A DNA stretch of 57,712 nucleotides, the filler included, from Platydemus manokwari (lineage: Eukaryota), in NCBI GenBank assembly GCA_037951405.1. It is 5 parts of 5 records of this genome, joined end to end, with 100 filler letters (N's around TTAATTAATTAA, not from the genome) between each part and the next. Parts side by side here need not be neighbours in the genome. Positions count along the whole stretch, not along the records: positions 1 to 16,235 come from JBBMOY011196987.1; 4 more parts are not named here. One strand, written 5' to 3'. Position 1 is the first letter of the stretch. Each line of letters begins with the position of its first letter. The notes beneath the pieces were generated by a model, which worked only from the letters and a program-made list of their open reading frames with translations, did no database searches and was not told the DNA's origin. Below are positions 1 through 12,455 of the stretch, piece by piece. Made by a program: the position numbers and the translations under genes.

Positions 1-3000
1 ACATTCGATATGATTTAGTATGACATACCACAGCCCAGAGAAACCTCGTTAAATTAAAAGGGATAAATTTAAAATTATTAGACAACTAAGTTAGCCTATA
101 TAAGAAATTTAGATTTCTATGAATAATTAATTTTAGAAGTCCTTGAATTATTATTAATAAATTCAAATTGCTACTAAAATTTATTAATAAAATTCACAAT
201 TGGTAAATCAAATAATTAACAAAATTAGCAATCCAGATTAGCAATTAAAATAGAAATAAACTTTCTCCAATACAATTGAATTTACCAATGAATGACAATG
301 TGTTCATTAAAATTATTCCAAGATAAGCATCTAATTGATAAAACAACAGTCAGCAAATCGAAATGACCAATAAATGTATTGAAAGAATTACAGGTTGTAA
401 AAATTATTAATTTAAAACTTGGATTTCGATCAACATAAATGATTAATTACACGTAATTGTTTTAGAGAGTTACTTGGACAGATAATGTTAATGTATGATA
501 ATGACTAAGGTTGTGAAATTAATTTATTTTAATAAATTAGTTTGGTACGATCGAAGTCATTGACTATCCAATAAGAAACCTTTGTCGATAGACCTTAAAC
601 TATATTTTAAATTTTAATTAAGATGTAATTAAAAATAGTACATTTTACGGTTATTAACAACTTTTTATAATTATTACCAACATGATTAATTTTGAATGAG
701 TATTAATCACATTTTTGTGAGAGATTCAGTTAATCATCATAAAACCCCGTTGGCTCTGCTTGTTTTTCTGAATAGAATTCAATATGAAAATAACAATTAA
801 ATATATCCCGTGTTTTGATTTTATGAATAAGCTTTAAATAATATTGAATATTAAAAATGTGATTTTAAAATATTTTTTTCAATATATATATTATAATTTT
901 TAATAGTTTAAACTAATTAAATAGAATATGAGACTTTTATCAATCATATTTTTTCAAATATTTAAAAATATAATAATCAATAATTTCATTTTAATATTCT
1001 TTCTATTTGCATAATANNNNNNNNNNTGTGTGCTCGCCCTTTACTTTGGAGTGCTAAGCCCAGACTGAGTGATGCTGCTAGGTAAAGAGACTAAGAACAG
1101 TACCTTAATAATCTTTGGTCTGTAATTATGTGTAGGTGTCCTAATGTCTGTAATGTTCTATTATTGGTTTTCATTATAATTTTTCAGTACTTTAAATTCA
1201 ATTCTAATAATTTGAAATCAGCAAATTTCAATAAATTAATAGGATTTTTGTATTAATTTTAGAATTTTTGAGGATTTAAAAATATAAATATGCAACTTAA
1301 CGATGTTTGGATAATATATATGGTTTATTGAATAGTTGTTTTGAAATAATTGTATTGAAATAATTTAATTTCTCCAAAATTTGTATCTTTTTAATGGGAA
1401 ATTGCTATTACACAATTAGTTTGATTATAAATTCCCATATGTATAGCAAATATTCGTGGATACAATAATATTCAAATATTAAATGTGAATGAAATACAGT
1501 AAAAATCAAAAAATTGAAAATTAATCAATAAACAAAGACAAAATAAACAGCACAAAAGTTGCAAATAATGAGATACTTTATGAACTTTACGCTGTTCTTG
1601 AACGTAGTGAAATTAATCTATTGATCAATATCTCTTGTATATTAACGAAAACTCATGCCACTAGATTTTAAGATTATTGAGACTCTGGTGATACTTGTGA
1701 GGTTTTGACCAAATGATTATTTCAAACTAAAACCTTGTGCTGCATTGCATAACAATTTTTTATATTTTAGCAACTCTCAGAATGAAATGGGTTTAAAATA
1801 ATATATAATGTTATAGTATTTATAATAATTATCTATAAATATGTAAAATAATATTAGTAAAACCCACCTAGAACAAAATCATTGAAATTCCCTAAATAAT
1901 AAATTAATTTATAAAAAAAATAACATGCAAGAATATCGACAAATAAATAGCCAACTATGATTACAGTCACTGAATAGAATATTTAGTCGATTGGAGTTAA
2001 TCGAAGAGAATATTTATCTGTATAATAAATTTAATAGAAGAGAATTTCTCTCTCCGATAAATAAATTCCAGCGAGAAAATAACAAATAGATTGAAATTCA
2101 ATTTAATCGCGGAGAATATCTGCTAGTGATTCATCACTGCCTACACAAGGCGGCAATCACAATTAACACTACCAAAATAACACAGCTTAAGACGCAATCA
2201 CGAGGTACATCGATTGTTATTTACGGGGATAGGACACATTATTCTGCATTCAAGAACAGCAGTATGAAAGACCTTCCAGTGTCAAAAATCAGAATTCCTT
2301 ATATTCCCAGTGTTTTACTAGAAGACCCTACAGTAAGATACATTTATTTAAATTACTGATCAATATTTTATTTTCTGTAATGTCCTAACATCGAGTTGTG
2401 TCTCAAACATGTTTCAGTAAATGGTTTTGCCCCGATAGTGCGGTATTTATCAATGGTCGCTTTATTCTGAGAAGTTGTCAAGGTTCGTTATAAATTGATG
2501 TATAGCGTAATACCAAAATCCATTTGTGTTTTTATTTTATCATTTTACTTGTATCGGTGGTAATTATTAATGTACATTTGTAGTAGCAAGCCTTAGTCAT
2601 TTATTAAATAGGGATCACAAGTCATTGCTCAGCATAGTTAGTAATTTAACTATATTACATGTACTGAGACCGATAGTTAAGTCATATCACCTCTGCCATA
2701 CTTATTATTTTCCCACAATGATCTTGTTCGAGGTGAAGATTAAGCAAAATTAGGTAGATTACACCGGGACCTTAATTAAGAGTTCATAGAGATTGATTAA
2801 GACAATAGTGAAATCTAATAAAAATAAGCTTAATAAAACAAGAAAATCAATCATGTGAATTGGGCAAAGATTTGTTATTGTTATTATTGAGACTTTAAGT
2901 GGATTATTTCGGTTAATATAGATTTGCAGATTCAAATTGTTGTTTGATAAAGCAACAAAATCATCAAGAGATAATATTAAATAAGAAAGATACTTTTCAA

Positions 3001-3441
3001 TTTTGTATTATCAAAGCAAATCACTTAATATTTCGATAACAACCATCTTCTTGAATTTTTTCTAATTAATACATCTGAGTTATCGTTTCCGAATGACAAC
3101 TAATCAAAACCTTTTTTTGAAATAGATTTTAAACAATAATACAATGACACAGCCTTTCAAAGTGAAAACTAAACTCATAGTTTATTATGCGGAATTTCGG
3201 GATAGAACGAGTTACTAAAAACAATCTTTCCACAAAGTCATCATTTGAATAGAAGGATTCTGAATTCAAAATTAACAAAGACTTATTGGCAAATTGAGAC
3301 CCTTTTAAGTAGAAACAAATCGTTGACTAAGATTCAAATGTATTATTTGTTGAGTCATGAAAAAAGCAAAATATCTACTGAATCCATGGAGATAACCTTC
3401 AATGATCGATAGACACAAATTCGACAAGGGTACGTGCCAAT

Positions 3442-3564
3442 AGCCAATCAGATTTTTTCTATTTAACAATTCATATTTATAACTAGATATTCAACTGATG
3501 CACATAAAAACAGGTAACAAACATCAAAATACGCCAATTGTATCAGAGATACAAGGAAATTTGC
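3442..3564. repeat. Dispersed repeat, inverted copy of 33218..33340 (probably TE-derived)
   Basis: AGCCAATCAGATT (3442-3454) and AGAGATACAAGGAAATTTGC (3545-3564) are exact reverse complements of 33328-33340 and 33218-33237. The 103-nt spacing is the same in both copies, and the sequence between the blocks is partly similar. Confidence 0.75.
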
Positions 3565-4829
3565 TAACAATCCGACTTGTGAAGGTCCTTATCAAATGTA
3601 AAGTAAAGCCTTAAAGCATCAAATGAACACTCATGATATGTCAATAAAAGGAATTGAATCTCGAGAGTATTTGCCAGTCTTTTGGTTGATAACTTTTATT
3701 GTGTCACTTTAACGTGAGGTTCTGACAATAAATCTTTGTGGTTGTTATCTTTGTCGCTGTTTAAATTTCGGCTGATGGTCAAACCTCATTTTGATTATTC
3801 ATTGATCGTCGAGTATGACTTTAGGATCGTAATTACTAATTATTTGGTTTTTGCTAACTAGTCCAATATTCAATGAGATTATTTGGAATTTAGCGTCAGT
3901 TAATATTCGCAACAGTATCAAGTTATAAAAATAATATACAGTATGAATGTACAAAATATTGCATCAGTTTTTACTTTATGACGTCTCTTATTCCTTATTT
4001 ATTATTTAATATCAATAAGTAAGTTTTATTATTAATAGTTTTGAAAAATAAATAATAAATAAATAAAAAACAAATCAATTTATGTATAAAAATAAAGAAT
4101 TATGAATAGGATATTAAATAGAATAATGAATAGAATATAAGTTTAAAATAAACTTTACGTGATTGTCAGCAACCATTCTTTTTTATTGTTTTCTTTTCTG
4201 ACTTTTGGGCGCTGATCCCGTTGTTGACTTGAATAAAAGTTTAACTGTATTCATTGTGATTGATCTTGTGACATTTCAGTTTTATATAATTTTCTGATTT
4301 ACGTGTTGATTATCACCCCAACAAATTCATGGTTATAATAAATTTTTTAGTTTCCGTAATTCCGTAAATATAATATAAATTTGATTCTTTAGAATTATTT
4401 ACATATTCTTACTGTGGTTACAAGTTGTTAATGAATTCTTAATTTACTCGCAGCAATAATAATACAATATTTTACAATTCTCACATTGAACATCTCAATT
4501 ACTGTTTATCCATTCTTGTTATACACAAATATATTTTCTTTTAAACTTTTATCTTACAGATAATCGATAATAACTATTTGCGAACACACACACACACCGG
4601 TCTAATAGTTCATTCATTTGTTCTAACACCTTTATAACTATATTATTATAATTTTCTAAAATTATTTTTCTCTTCCGAGAACCATCTAATTTTACTATTA
4701 TTACTAATATTAATGAAATATACAATTATTTTATTTATAAAATTTCAACTTCAATTTAACATAAATGGCCTTTCGGATAATTTTGATTATCAAATATTCT
4801 ATTTTTATCATCACTTTGGAATCATTACT

Positions 4830-5042
4830 NNNNNNNNNNNNNNNNNNNNNNNNNNNNNNNNNNNNNNNNNNNNNNNNNNNNNNNNNNNNNNNNNNNNNNN
4901 NNNNNNNNNNNNNNNNNNNNNNNNNNNNNNNNNNNNNNNNNNNNNNNNNNNNNNNNNNNNNNNNNNNNNNNNNNNNNNNNNNNNNNNNNNNNNNNNNNNN
5001 NNNNNNNNNNNNNNNNNNNNNNNNNNNNNNNNNNNNNNNNNN
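4830..5042. other. Assembly gap (N run)
   Basis: Continuous Ns. ORFs crossing it in the ORF track are artefacts. Confidence 0.99.
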
Positions 5043-5935
5043 TTATTTGTTATTTGATAGCAGAACAATTTCTTTATTCTTTTGAAAATGCTTTGTTTAA
5101 TCATGATTATAGTTTTTTAATAGTTATCATTAGCTGTTCACATCAATCAAATACAAACCATATGAATATTTTTTTGAGAAATAGAAAATGAAATTTGATA
5201 TCTATTACTGATGAGAGAAACCAAGACAACGTGTTGATATGGTTATTGTTGCATCGTAGTAGCTTAAAGAATTGTTACTCATTTTTAAAACTTTCATACT
5301 CATCATCTTTCTAAGTATTGATTGAAATTGATTATCTTAAATATCTGTTGTGGAATAAACATAAACAGCCCAAATAAGTATTTACTGATTATTCGTACGT
5401 CAACTATTTACCGAAACTCCTCGTCAAGCACATGTATTTTGTAATTATTAACTGATTATTATTCCGTAAACGCGACTTTCCAATGTGCACTCTACGATTT
5501 GATGTTTGAAATTTTAAAAAATCATCGCTTGTTTTAATGAGAGCTTCTAAATTATTTATATATAATGATATTGCGTACAAGTATTAATACACTCACTCCG
5601 GGGATTTAAATAAATGTGAAGGTAAAGCAAGCTGGCTACCAATCGATATGGTCATTTGCGTCGGTCATCAACTCCATTATTGTTGGAATTGAATCATCAG
5701 ATATGGCTTATGGGATTTTTTAATGAGAAAATCTATATGTCCTTTCTTATTTGTTGGTATTTAGACAGAATACGAATTATCTCCAAGGTATTATTACAAA
5801 TTAGAGATGTTGGGGTTTATGAGTTGTTGATGTATGTTTGTTAATAAATGATATCTAGATTAAGATATTTAATTGTGATTCTTTAAACAAAATGATTTTT
5901 AAGATAATTGTAATAATTTTACAATCCAACACAAT

Positions 5936-6823
5936 CAATATTCCTTGTAAGGAAAACAGATATGCGCAGCTGTAAAATGTCTGCGCACACAAAGGGAAAA
6001 CGTCAGCGCACAAAAATTTCTTACAGAGAACAAAGAACATGGTTTTTATATCTTTAGCAACGAAAAAGAATATATTTAAGTATGAATTCATGATTGTTGA
6101 AAACAAGGGCTGTGTAACAAAAACTGAAGCATTTTGACCTAACAAAGGAAAATTTAGAATTAAACTGTGTTGAAAGCTCAAGAACAAAATAAAGAAATAA
6201 ATAAATAGTCTTTTGTTCTTTTTGGACGTGTAATCCTGTTTAATATATACATATAATTTTATAATTGTTTATAATTCCGACTTTGAGTTTGAAAATGACG
6301 AAATCTCTTCTTTGTGTAAGAAATATTCGGTTTTACTTACTGCACCAGAACGACTTATAAGAGAACAGTACAATAATTTCAAGTTTTATGCTCAAAGAAA
6401 ATTGAAATTATAATCTGTGATCAGTTTTCTAGAACTTGTTCCACTTGCTTATAAAGTCAAGAATATTCTGATACGGCAAAATTGTTGCACGTTACTAGGA
6501 CATATATGGCATCAAATGCCGACTGTGAAAGGGGATTATGTTTAATGGATTCCATTAAAACCAAGCAAATAAAGAGAATGGCTGATGTACATCTGGACAT
6601 GATTGTAAGAATTAAGAGCTATATTCAAAGTAATGTGGTGCTTGATTTAGATTGTGATTACAAAGCATGGGTCTTGTAAAGAAATAAAGAGTCTATAAAA
6701 TGAATAAATTGGTTTCTTGGCTTATGTTCATTCTTGTGCGCACGATGCATACAACTAATTTCAATATTTTGCGCAGCACCAAATATTGTGTAGAGGGACT
6801 TGCAAAAATTTGAAGGAACATTG
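5936..6823 (+). mobile_element. Non-autonomous, internally deleted hAT DNA transposon (Tip100/ZNF862-like)
   Basis: Imperfect TIRs CAATATTCCTT... / ...AAGGAACATTG and a perfect 8-bp TSD AACACAAT (5928-5935 and 6824-6831). The internal ORF 6482-6679 (ASNADCERGLCLMDSIKTKQIKRMADVHLDMIVRIK) matches the hAT C-terminal dimerisation motif (CERxFSxMxxIKTxxRxxL). Confidence 0.88.
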
Positions 6824-7872
6824 AACACAATTGAGTTCTTATTGATTTCTTTAGTTATAATACAATCAACTCCAAAAAGTATATGTAGATAAAATTATAC
6901 ACGAGATTACCAGAGTTAATAACTAACTATGGAGTAGATAAAAATATAGCTGATATGACAATTTTTACACTTTTAAATGAGTTGAACTTTACAATTTTTA
7001 AAAAATCTTTAAAAATCTTTGAAGAAATAACCAGGGGATTAGAAGGGTTTATTGTGTTTTTATAGTAGCTTTTATTAGACTCTTGAGATCGAGTTATTAG
7101 TTTAGTTGGGTTCTTATGGCGATGCCAGTAAGAATATACACAACTATTTTATCGGCGGTTAGGTATAATGGCACCGTAACCATTGAACCTACTTTGTATT
7201 TAAATTTTGGATTTTTGTTTTTATTCAAATTTGTTGCTGAACTGGGTTCAATATAGAATACGTGTGTTGGCGTGGATAGTTCACTCCAATATTATGTAAT
7301 TAAGTAATTCATTCTATAATAGTCTTATAGAAAGAAATGAATAACAGTTGTGAGGTTTAATTAAAAATACTATAAATAATTAATGATTAAAATTGTAAAT
7401 CAAAAGATACTTTTATAAAAAAAATATTAATAATTCTATGATATGGATATTTATAAAATGATCTTGCTGTACTGTTAAGCTCTCAATTTAAAAAAAATTA
7501 TTAAAATTAGTAAAATTACAAAAAGTAATTTCAAATAAAAAATAAAGATCTAATATGCAAATGTGAGCATTTTTATAATTAGAAAAAAAGAAGATACCCA
7601 CTAACAACAGTGCCTTTTGAGAGGTTATCACTTTGAATAAAAACTTTAAGAAACTTTATCTTTTTTAAATATTACCAAAGACAATTCTTACTAATCTCTT
7701 TTTAATGGGATATAATCTCTTTAATAAGCCGAAATCTTCGAAGAATGGTTTAGGTATGATATATATCCTCAGGGTTTGTTTGAATAGCAGCCGAAATATG
7801 TGATATATATTAAGTTTGAATTCTTGTTATTATCACTCGCAGTAAATAGAGATCCGAAGTATACAGAGAATA

Positions 7873-8607
7873 CCGTGTGATTTATAAGTTTTTGTCTCTA
7901 AAGCTAAAATAAAACCACAAAACACAAAATAATTTATACTCACATATTTATACTCATTAATATTAATTATTATTCACTGATTAATGTACTTTATTTCTTA
8001 TTTCTTATTAATCAGTTGCGTCATTATAATATATCGGAAACAGCTGGTGATGTTAAATTTTCGCTTGCGAAAAGAGTGTTTATAGTTAGACCTGTCATAG
8101 TGTACCAGAGTAGTAACAGAGCTTGCCAAGAATTTCAACAACATTTTAATCGTATACCACTAACTAGATCAACAGTGCAATACTGTAAGAGAGTTTGAAG
8201 AAACTGGTTACTTATCCACTGAGTTGCGATCAAAAAGACTGTCTGATGTAATCATGAAGGAAAAGGTTGCAAATTTTGTAAAAGAGAATGATGGCACAAA
8301 TAAAAAAGAAACTGTGTATGACTTCACAAAGCTTAACGAAATTGAAGAAGCAATTTCACATGAATTAATAAACATCAATCAAGAAGTCGTCTGTAAATGT
8401 TATTCGCGCTTCAGGAAACGATGCAATCTCTGTTTGCCGTCAGATAGTGAACATTTTGAACAGTTGCTATGACATTGCTTATTATATACCTTTATTTTTC
8501 ATATTGTTATTGTGTTTTGTTGTGCATTAAAATAAATCAATACATTCAGTTGGTTCTCACTGTTGTTTTATTTTAATATTAGTGACGGAGACTTATAAAT
8601 CACACGG
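7873..8607 (+). mobile_element. Non-autonomous, internally deleted Tc1/mariner-superfamily DNA transposon
   Basis: ~45-bp TIRs starting CCGTGTGATTTATAAGT and ending ACTTATAAATCACACGG, flanked by TA at both ends (7871-7872, 8608-8609). Internal relics include an N-terminal HTH (RVFIV...FQQHF..P.TRSTV, followed by EFEETG in a shifted frame) and the typical C-terminus (EAISHEL..I...FRKRCNLCL...HFEQLL). The catalytic core is deleted. Confidence 0.9.
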
Positions 8608-9571
8608 TATATTTGGCTTGGAAAAAATAAAGAAGGTTCTGTTGAAAGGTTTCTAGTTTCCTGTCGATAAACTTGAATAGGTATCCAATATTCTCGTTTT
8701 CTGTTTTACAGCTAATTTTTTGATGAATTTTTATATCTTGAGTCGATGGCTTCGAAAAGTTGAAATAATTTGATTTATTATGATTCTAAAATTTTTGAGA
8801 CAATTATTGATCCGCTTGTTGCGATTCTAATTCGCCTAATTCTACTATGGTGTTGGAAAACATCGGTGAAGAAAAATTTTCTTTACCTCTGGTTTTCAAA
8901 CTAGTGAATCAAAAATGTGCTCATTATTGACACCCAAAAATTCAATGAGATTTGTTATTTCTTAAAATCCAGTTCTTTCAATTCTATTATCAACTCATTC
9001 CTATCCAACAAAAATCTCTTTCTTTAGACGATAATTTCAAAATTTCTTTGAATTAAAGAAAATTTACAGTTCTACCTCACAGAATAAATCTGGCCTCATC
9101 TATTTGATACAACCGAACACAGCCAGTTGCCATTTCTTCTCTTCGATGTCTTTATTAAATAAAGTCTTCGCGATATTTTTATTTATTCTAATTATTTAAT
9201 TACTAATAAACATTTACTAGGAGAGCTTCATGTCCTCTACTTAACATAAATGGTATAAATTATTGATGAGATATATTATTTAAAAAGAACCATAAATACT
9301 GTTTTTAATGCGAAGATATCTATAGATATCATAGCCAATTAATTGATCTCTGCTTATCCACATGATGTATTTGATTTACTCCGATATATTATATAAATAA
9401 TATTATTATTCATAAATCCAATGACGACAATCATTGTAATTGATAAGTATATCGTTATCTCAAGTATTATTAAAATTCTAAATAAATTAATTATAAAACC
9501 ACATTTGCAAACACAATAATCATAAAAATTCAAGTGCAATAATTATTAAATCACATATTTATATATTCGTA

Positions 9572-10129
9572 ATGGATAATCCCAGTTTCACTCCACCGTC
9601 ATATGATGAATTAGATTTAAGTAATTATCAGGATCCACTAACCAGTTCTCCACCTCCACCTTATATTGATGACGAATGTAATTCCAATATTTTCATCAAT
9701 CATACCCAAAATCATCCAATAAATCTCATTTCTCGATTGAAGAGCTATCCTCGTCAATTGATATTTGGAACGATAATGATTTGTTTCGGAATAGTAACGA
9801 TTGCTATCGATCCTCTCTTACCAGGAATTTATAAATATTATTTCTCGATTTTTCCTGCCGGTGTTTTTATGATAATTAGTGGAGCATGCTCTGTTATATC
9901 GGTGAAGAAACAAAAGCCACAACTATTGGCAAAATGTTATTTAATCGATTTTTTATCACTTTTAAATTTATTTGGTGGGTTTTCATTTGCAATGTATGCA
10001 TGTCTCAATATGGCCGACATACCGTATTATTTGAGCTTGAGTTTCTTTTATATGGAGTATGACATCACATTGTTCGTGTTTGTGATTTTTTTCATTGTTT
10101 GCAAATTTAAGGACTCGAATGCTTATTGA
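9572..10129 (+). CDS. CD20/MS4A-like four-transmembrane protein with N-terminal PPxY motifs
   Basis: 185-aa ORF starting with ATG. It has PPSY and PPPPY motifs and four hydrophobic segments. QLIFGTIMICFGI and IFPAGVFMIISGACSV resemble MS4A TM1/TM2 (G..FIISG.LS). Confidence 0.65.
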   Translation: MDNPSFTPPSYDELDLSNYQDPLTSSPPPPYIDDECNSNIFINHTQNHPINLISRLKSYPRQLIFGTIMICFGIVTIAIDPLLPGIYKYYFSIFPAGVFMIISGACSVISVKKQKPQLLAKCYLIDFLSLLNLFGGFSFAMYACLNMADIPYYLSLSFFYMEYDITLFVFVIFFIVCKFKDSNAY

Positions 10130-11456
10130 TAAAACAAAAATTATATTTCGATTATTTTCCGTTTCGCATTGTTTTATATAAGCGATGTATTTTATTTATT
10201 TGGGTGTTGCGGATAACTTGTTGTGCACAAATATCGATTTTACATCTCTCTCTAAACAGTCTAGTCTTTGATGAAGAAGTAAATACAAACATCTCCTGCA
10301 GATAAAATCGATGATATGTTATGGCTGAATCAACCTCAATTTTATTTTCACTTTATTTTATTAATAGCATTAATATTTATAAAATGGAGATAAAGATCAG
10401 AAATAGCGCTTCATGGAATCTGAAAATGCAAGTTGAAAATTTTGCTGGTCTTGAATAATTAGCGTAATCGGGACTATTCTATTAGATACCATTAGATGTA
10501 TGAATAAATTTATTAATTACAATTTACAAAATTAAAAGACACAACAGTGAAGGTCTCCAAAGAAATGATTATTGTGTATTTCTATAATAATTTCAATAAG
10601 AATTTCAAGATCGGAGAACTTTAAAGAGGACAAAGTTATTGACTGAATGCCATATTCAAATTTTAAAGATAATATTAATCCCAAATATCGCAAAATATAA
10701 AAAGTATTATTGACAATTAATATGAAAGATTTTATAAAATAAAATATTAAATCGAATAATTATAATTGAATGAAAACCGAATGACATGACAGTTTCAAAA
10801 TTGGCTTTGCTTTATTCGCAGCTGTTCGTGAGAATAGGACGAGTTATACGGCTATCATATTTTGTGTTTCTTAAACTTCATGAGTGCAGACCAACATATT
10901 TTCGAAATATTTCCAACTTAATAGACTGGACAATATGAGAAAATAATATTTTTGCAAATTACTGCACAAATTTTTGCGTAATCCACAAAATTTAATATTC
11001 ATTATTTAATTTAATGAAAACGACACATTGAAAATGAAGCATTTAGTCGACTATTAAATGATATTTTTGTATAAATCGTAGAAAAAAGTAATATTTATTA
11101 AAAAATTAATCACTATAAATAATTTTACAATGTAAAACACTATCACTTTTAGATAAAAACAACGAGATTCATACTAATTACGTAGATAAATAAATAGAAA
11201 TACAAATTATCAATACAACCGTTCCAAATAAAAAATCTTTATTTGAATTTATAAAAAAATTGAAATTAAATTTCTAATTGAGATATTTAATAACATGTCA
11301 GTCTTTTTGGTCGAAAATATTGCTTTAATTTCAAGACCGACTGGATTTGTAATTGTTTTAGTGATCCATTTGAGAATAAATAAATTTAAACCAATTATTT
11401 TAAAATAAACTCATAAATATTTAAAACACAAATAATATATTTAATAAATCATTTAA

Positions 11457-12455
11457 TTATTCCTTGTCTTCTTTATCTCCTTTATTGCAATTGTTATTCT
11501 CTTCCAAAGAACATCTGATTGCATATTCGATTAACTCTTCTTCTGTCATTGAGCTCAAATCTAACATGTTATTTATTTCATTACTTCTTTCATTGTTTTC
11601 TTCTTCATTCATTTCAATATCGTTTGCAATGCTACTCACACCATTCATATCGTTACTCGTGTTCGTGTTATCAGATTCCATACTAGCCATTGAAGCTTCA
11701 ATTGCCAATCTTATCATTTCTTCTTCACTCATCGTTTCTAAATTCAAATAACTATTGTTGTTATTATCAGAAATATTATTTGAAAGTGGTGTTTGATCTT
11801 GTAGTGAAGCTCTCAATGCACGCAACAGATCTGGATCGTTTATTTCACCATCCAATCCGTCTCCAATATTTTCATTTCTTATTTCTTCTCCTATTATTAC
11901 ACTATTTTTTAATTTTTCTTTCATATTATTATTCGATTCTATTGTCAACATATTTGAAAATTCATCATTAGTTGGTTTGACAGCCTTGAAGAAAGAAGCC
12001 AATTTTCCTTCATTGATTTCTATTTCTCCAAATGAAATGATATCTACATATACTTTTTCTTTTTTCAACTTTTTTCCAGTTTTTATCAATTCTTCCTCAT
12101 TATCTGATATTGGACTGCCAATAAAAATCATCAATTTCTGTCTTTGATTTTTATTTTGTCGATGTCTCAATGCGATTTGTGCAATTCTTATACTTGTACA
12201 CAAATGGATTTGTCCACCAAGATTAATTTGAGAGAATTTTTTCCTGATTTTATCGAATTCAGTTGTTGGAGTGTTGTGAAGTGTGCTGTCACCTAATGTC
12301 ATTAATCCACAAGTATTTTCCACGTTTTTCTCTTTCTTTGATGTACATAAATAATTGACAGCATCGATTTGAGCCTCCCATCGTGATGGAGAATAATCTT
12401 CATTGATCATATAATCAGTGTTGTCAATGAGAATGATACAAGATTCTTGAGACAT
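11457..12455 (-). CDS. PSMD4: 26S proteasome non-ATPase regulatory subunit 4 (Rpn10/S5a) homologue, intronless
   Basis: N-terminal vWA domain (DNTDYM..DYSPSR.EAQ.DAVN, ENTCGL, IRIAQIALRHRQNKNQRQKLMIFIGSPI, KKLKKEKVYVDIISFGE), followed by three UIM-like helices: DPDLLRALRASLQD, SEEEMIRLAIEASM and TEEELIEYAIRCSL. Confidence 0.95.
   Translation of the reverse strand: MSQESCIILIDNTDYMINEDYSPSRWEAQIDAVNYLCTSKKEKNVENTCGLMTLGDSTLHNTPTTEFDKIRKKFSQINLGGQIHLCTSIRIAQIALRHRQNKNQRQKLMIFIGSPISDNEEELIKTGKKLKKEKVYVDIISFGEIEINEGKLASFFKAVKPTNDEFSNMLTIESNNNMKEKLKNSVIIGEEIRNENIGDGLDGEINDPDLLRALRASLQDQTPLSNNISDNNNNSYLNLETMSEEEMIRLAIEASMASMESDNTNTSNDMNGVSSIANDIEMNEEENNERSNEINNMLDLSSMTEEELIEYAIRCSLEENNNCNKGDKEDKE

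Noticed and set aside
1560-1750. YELYAVLE resembling a USP His-box lead-in
   Set aside because: The catalytic H/GHY and FDD motifs are absent and the frame has stops; too short to support a call.
4713-5104. Three ORFs spanning the N run
   Set aside because: They are open only because Ns hide stop codons.
11464-11971. Plus-strand ORFs overlapping Rpn10
   Set aside because: Antisense shadows of a biased coding sequence.
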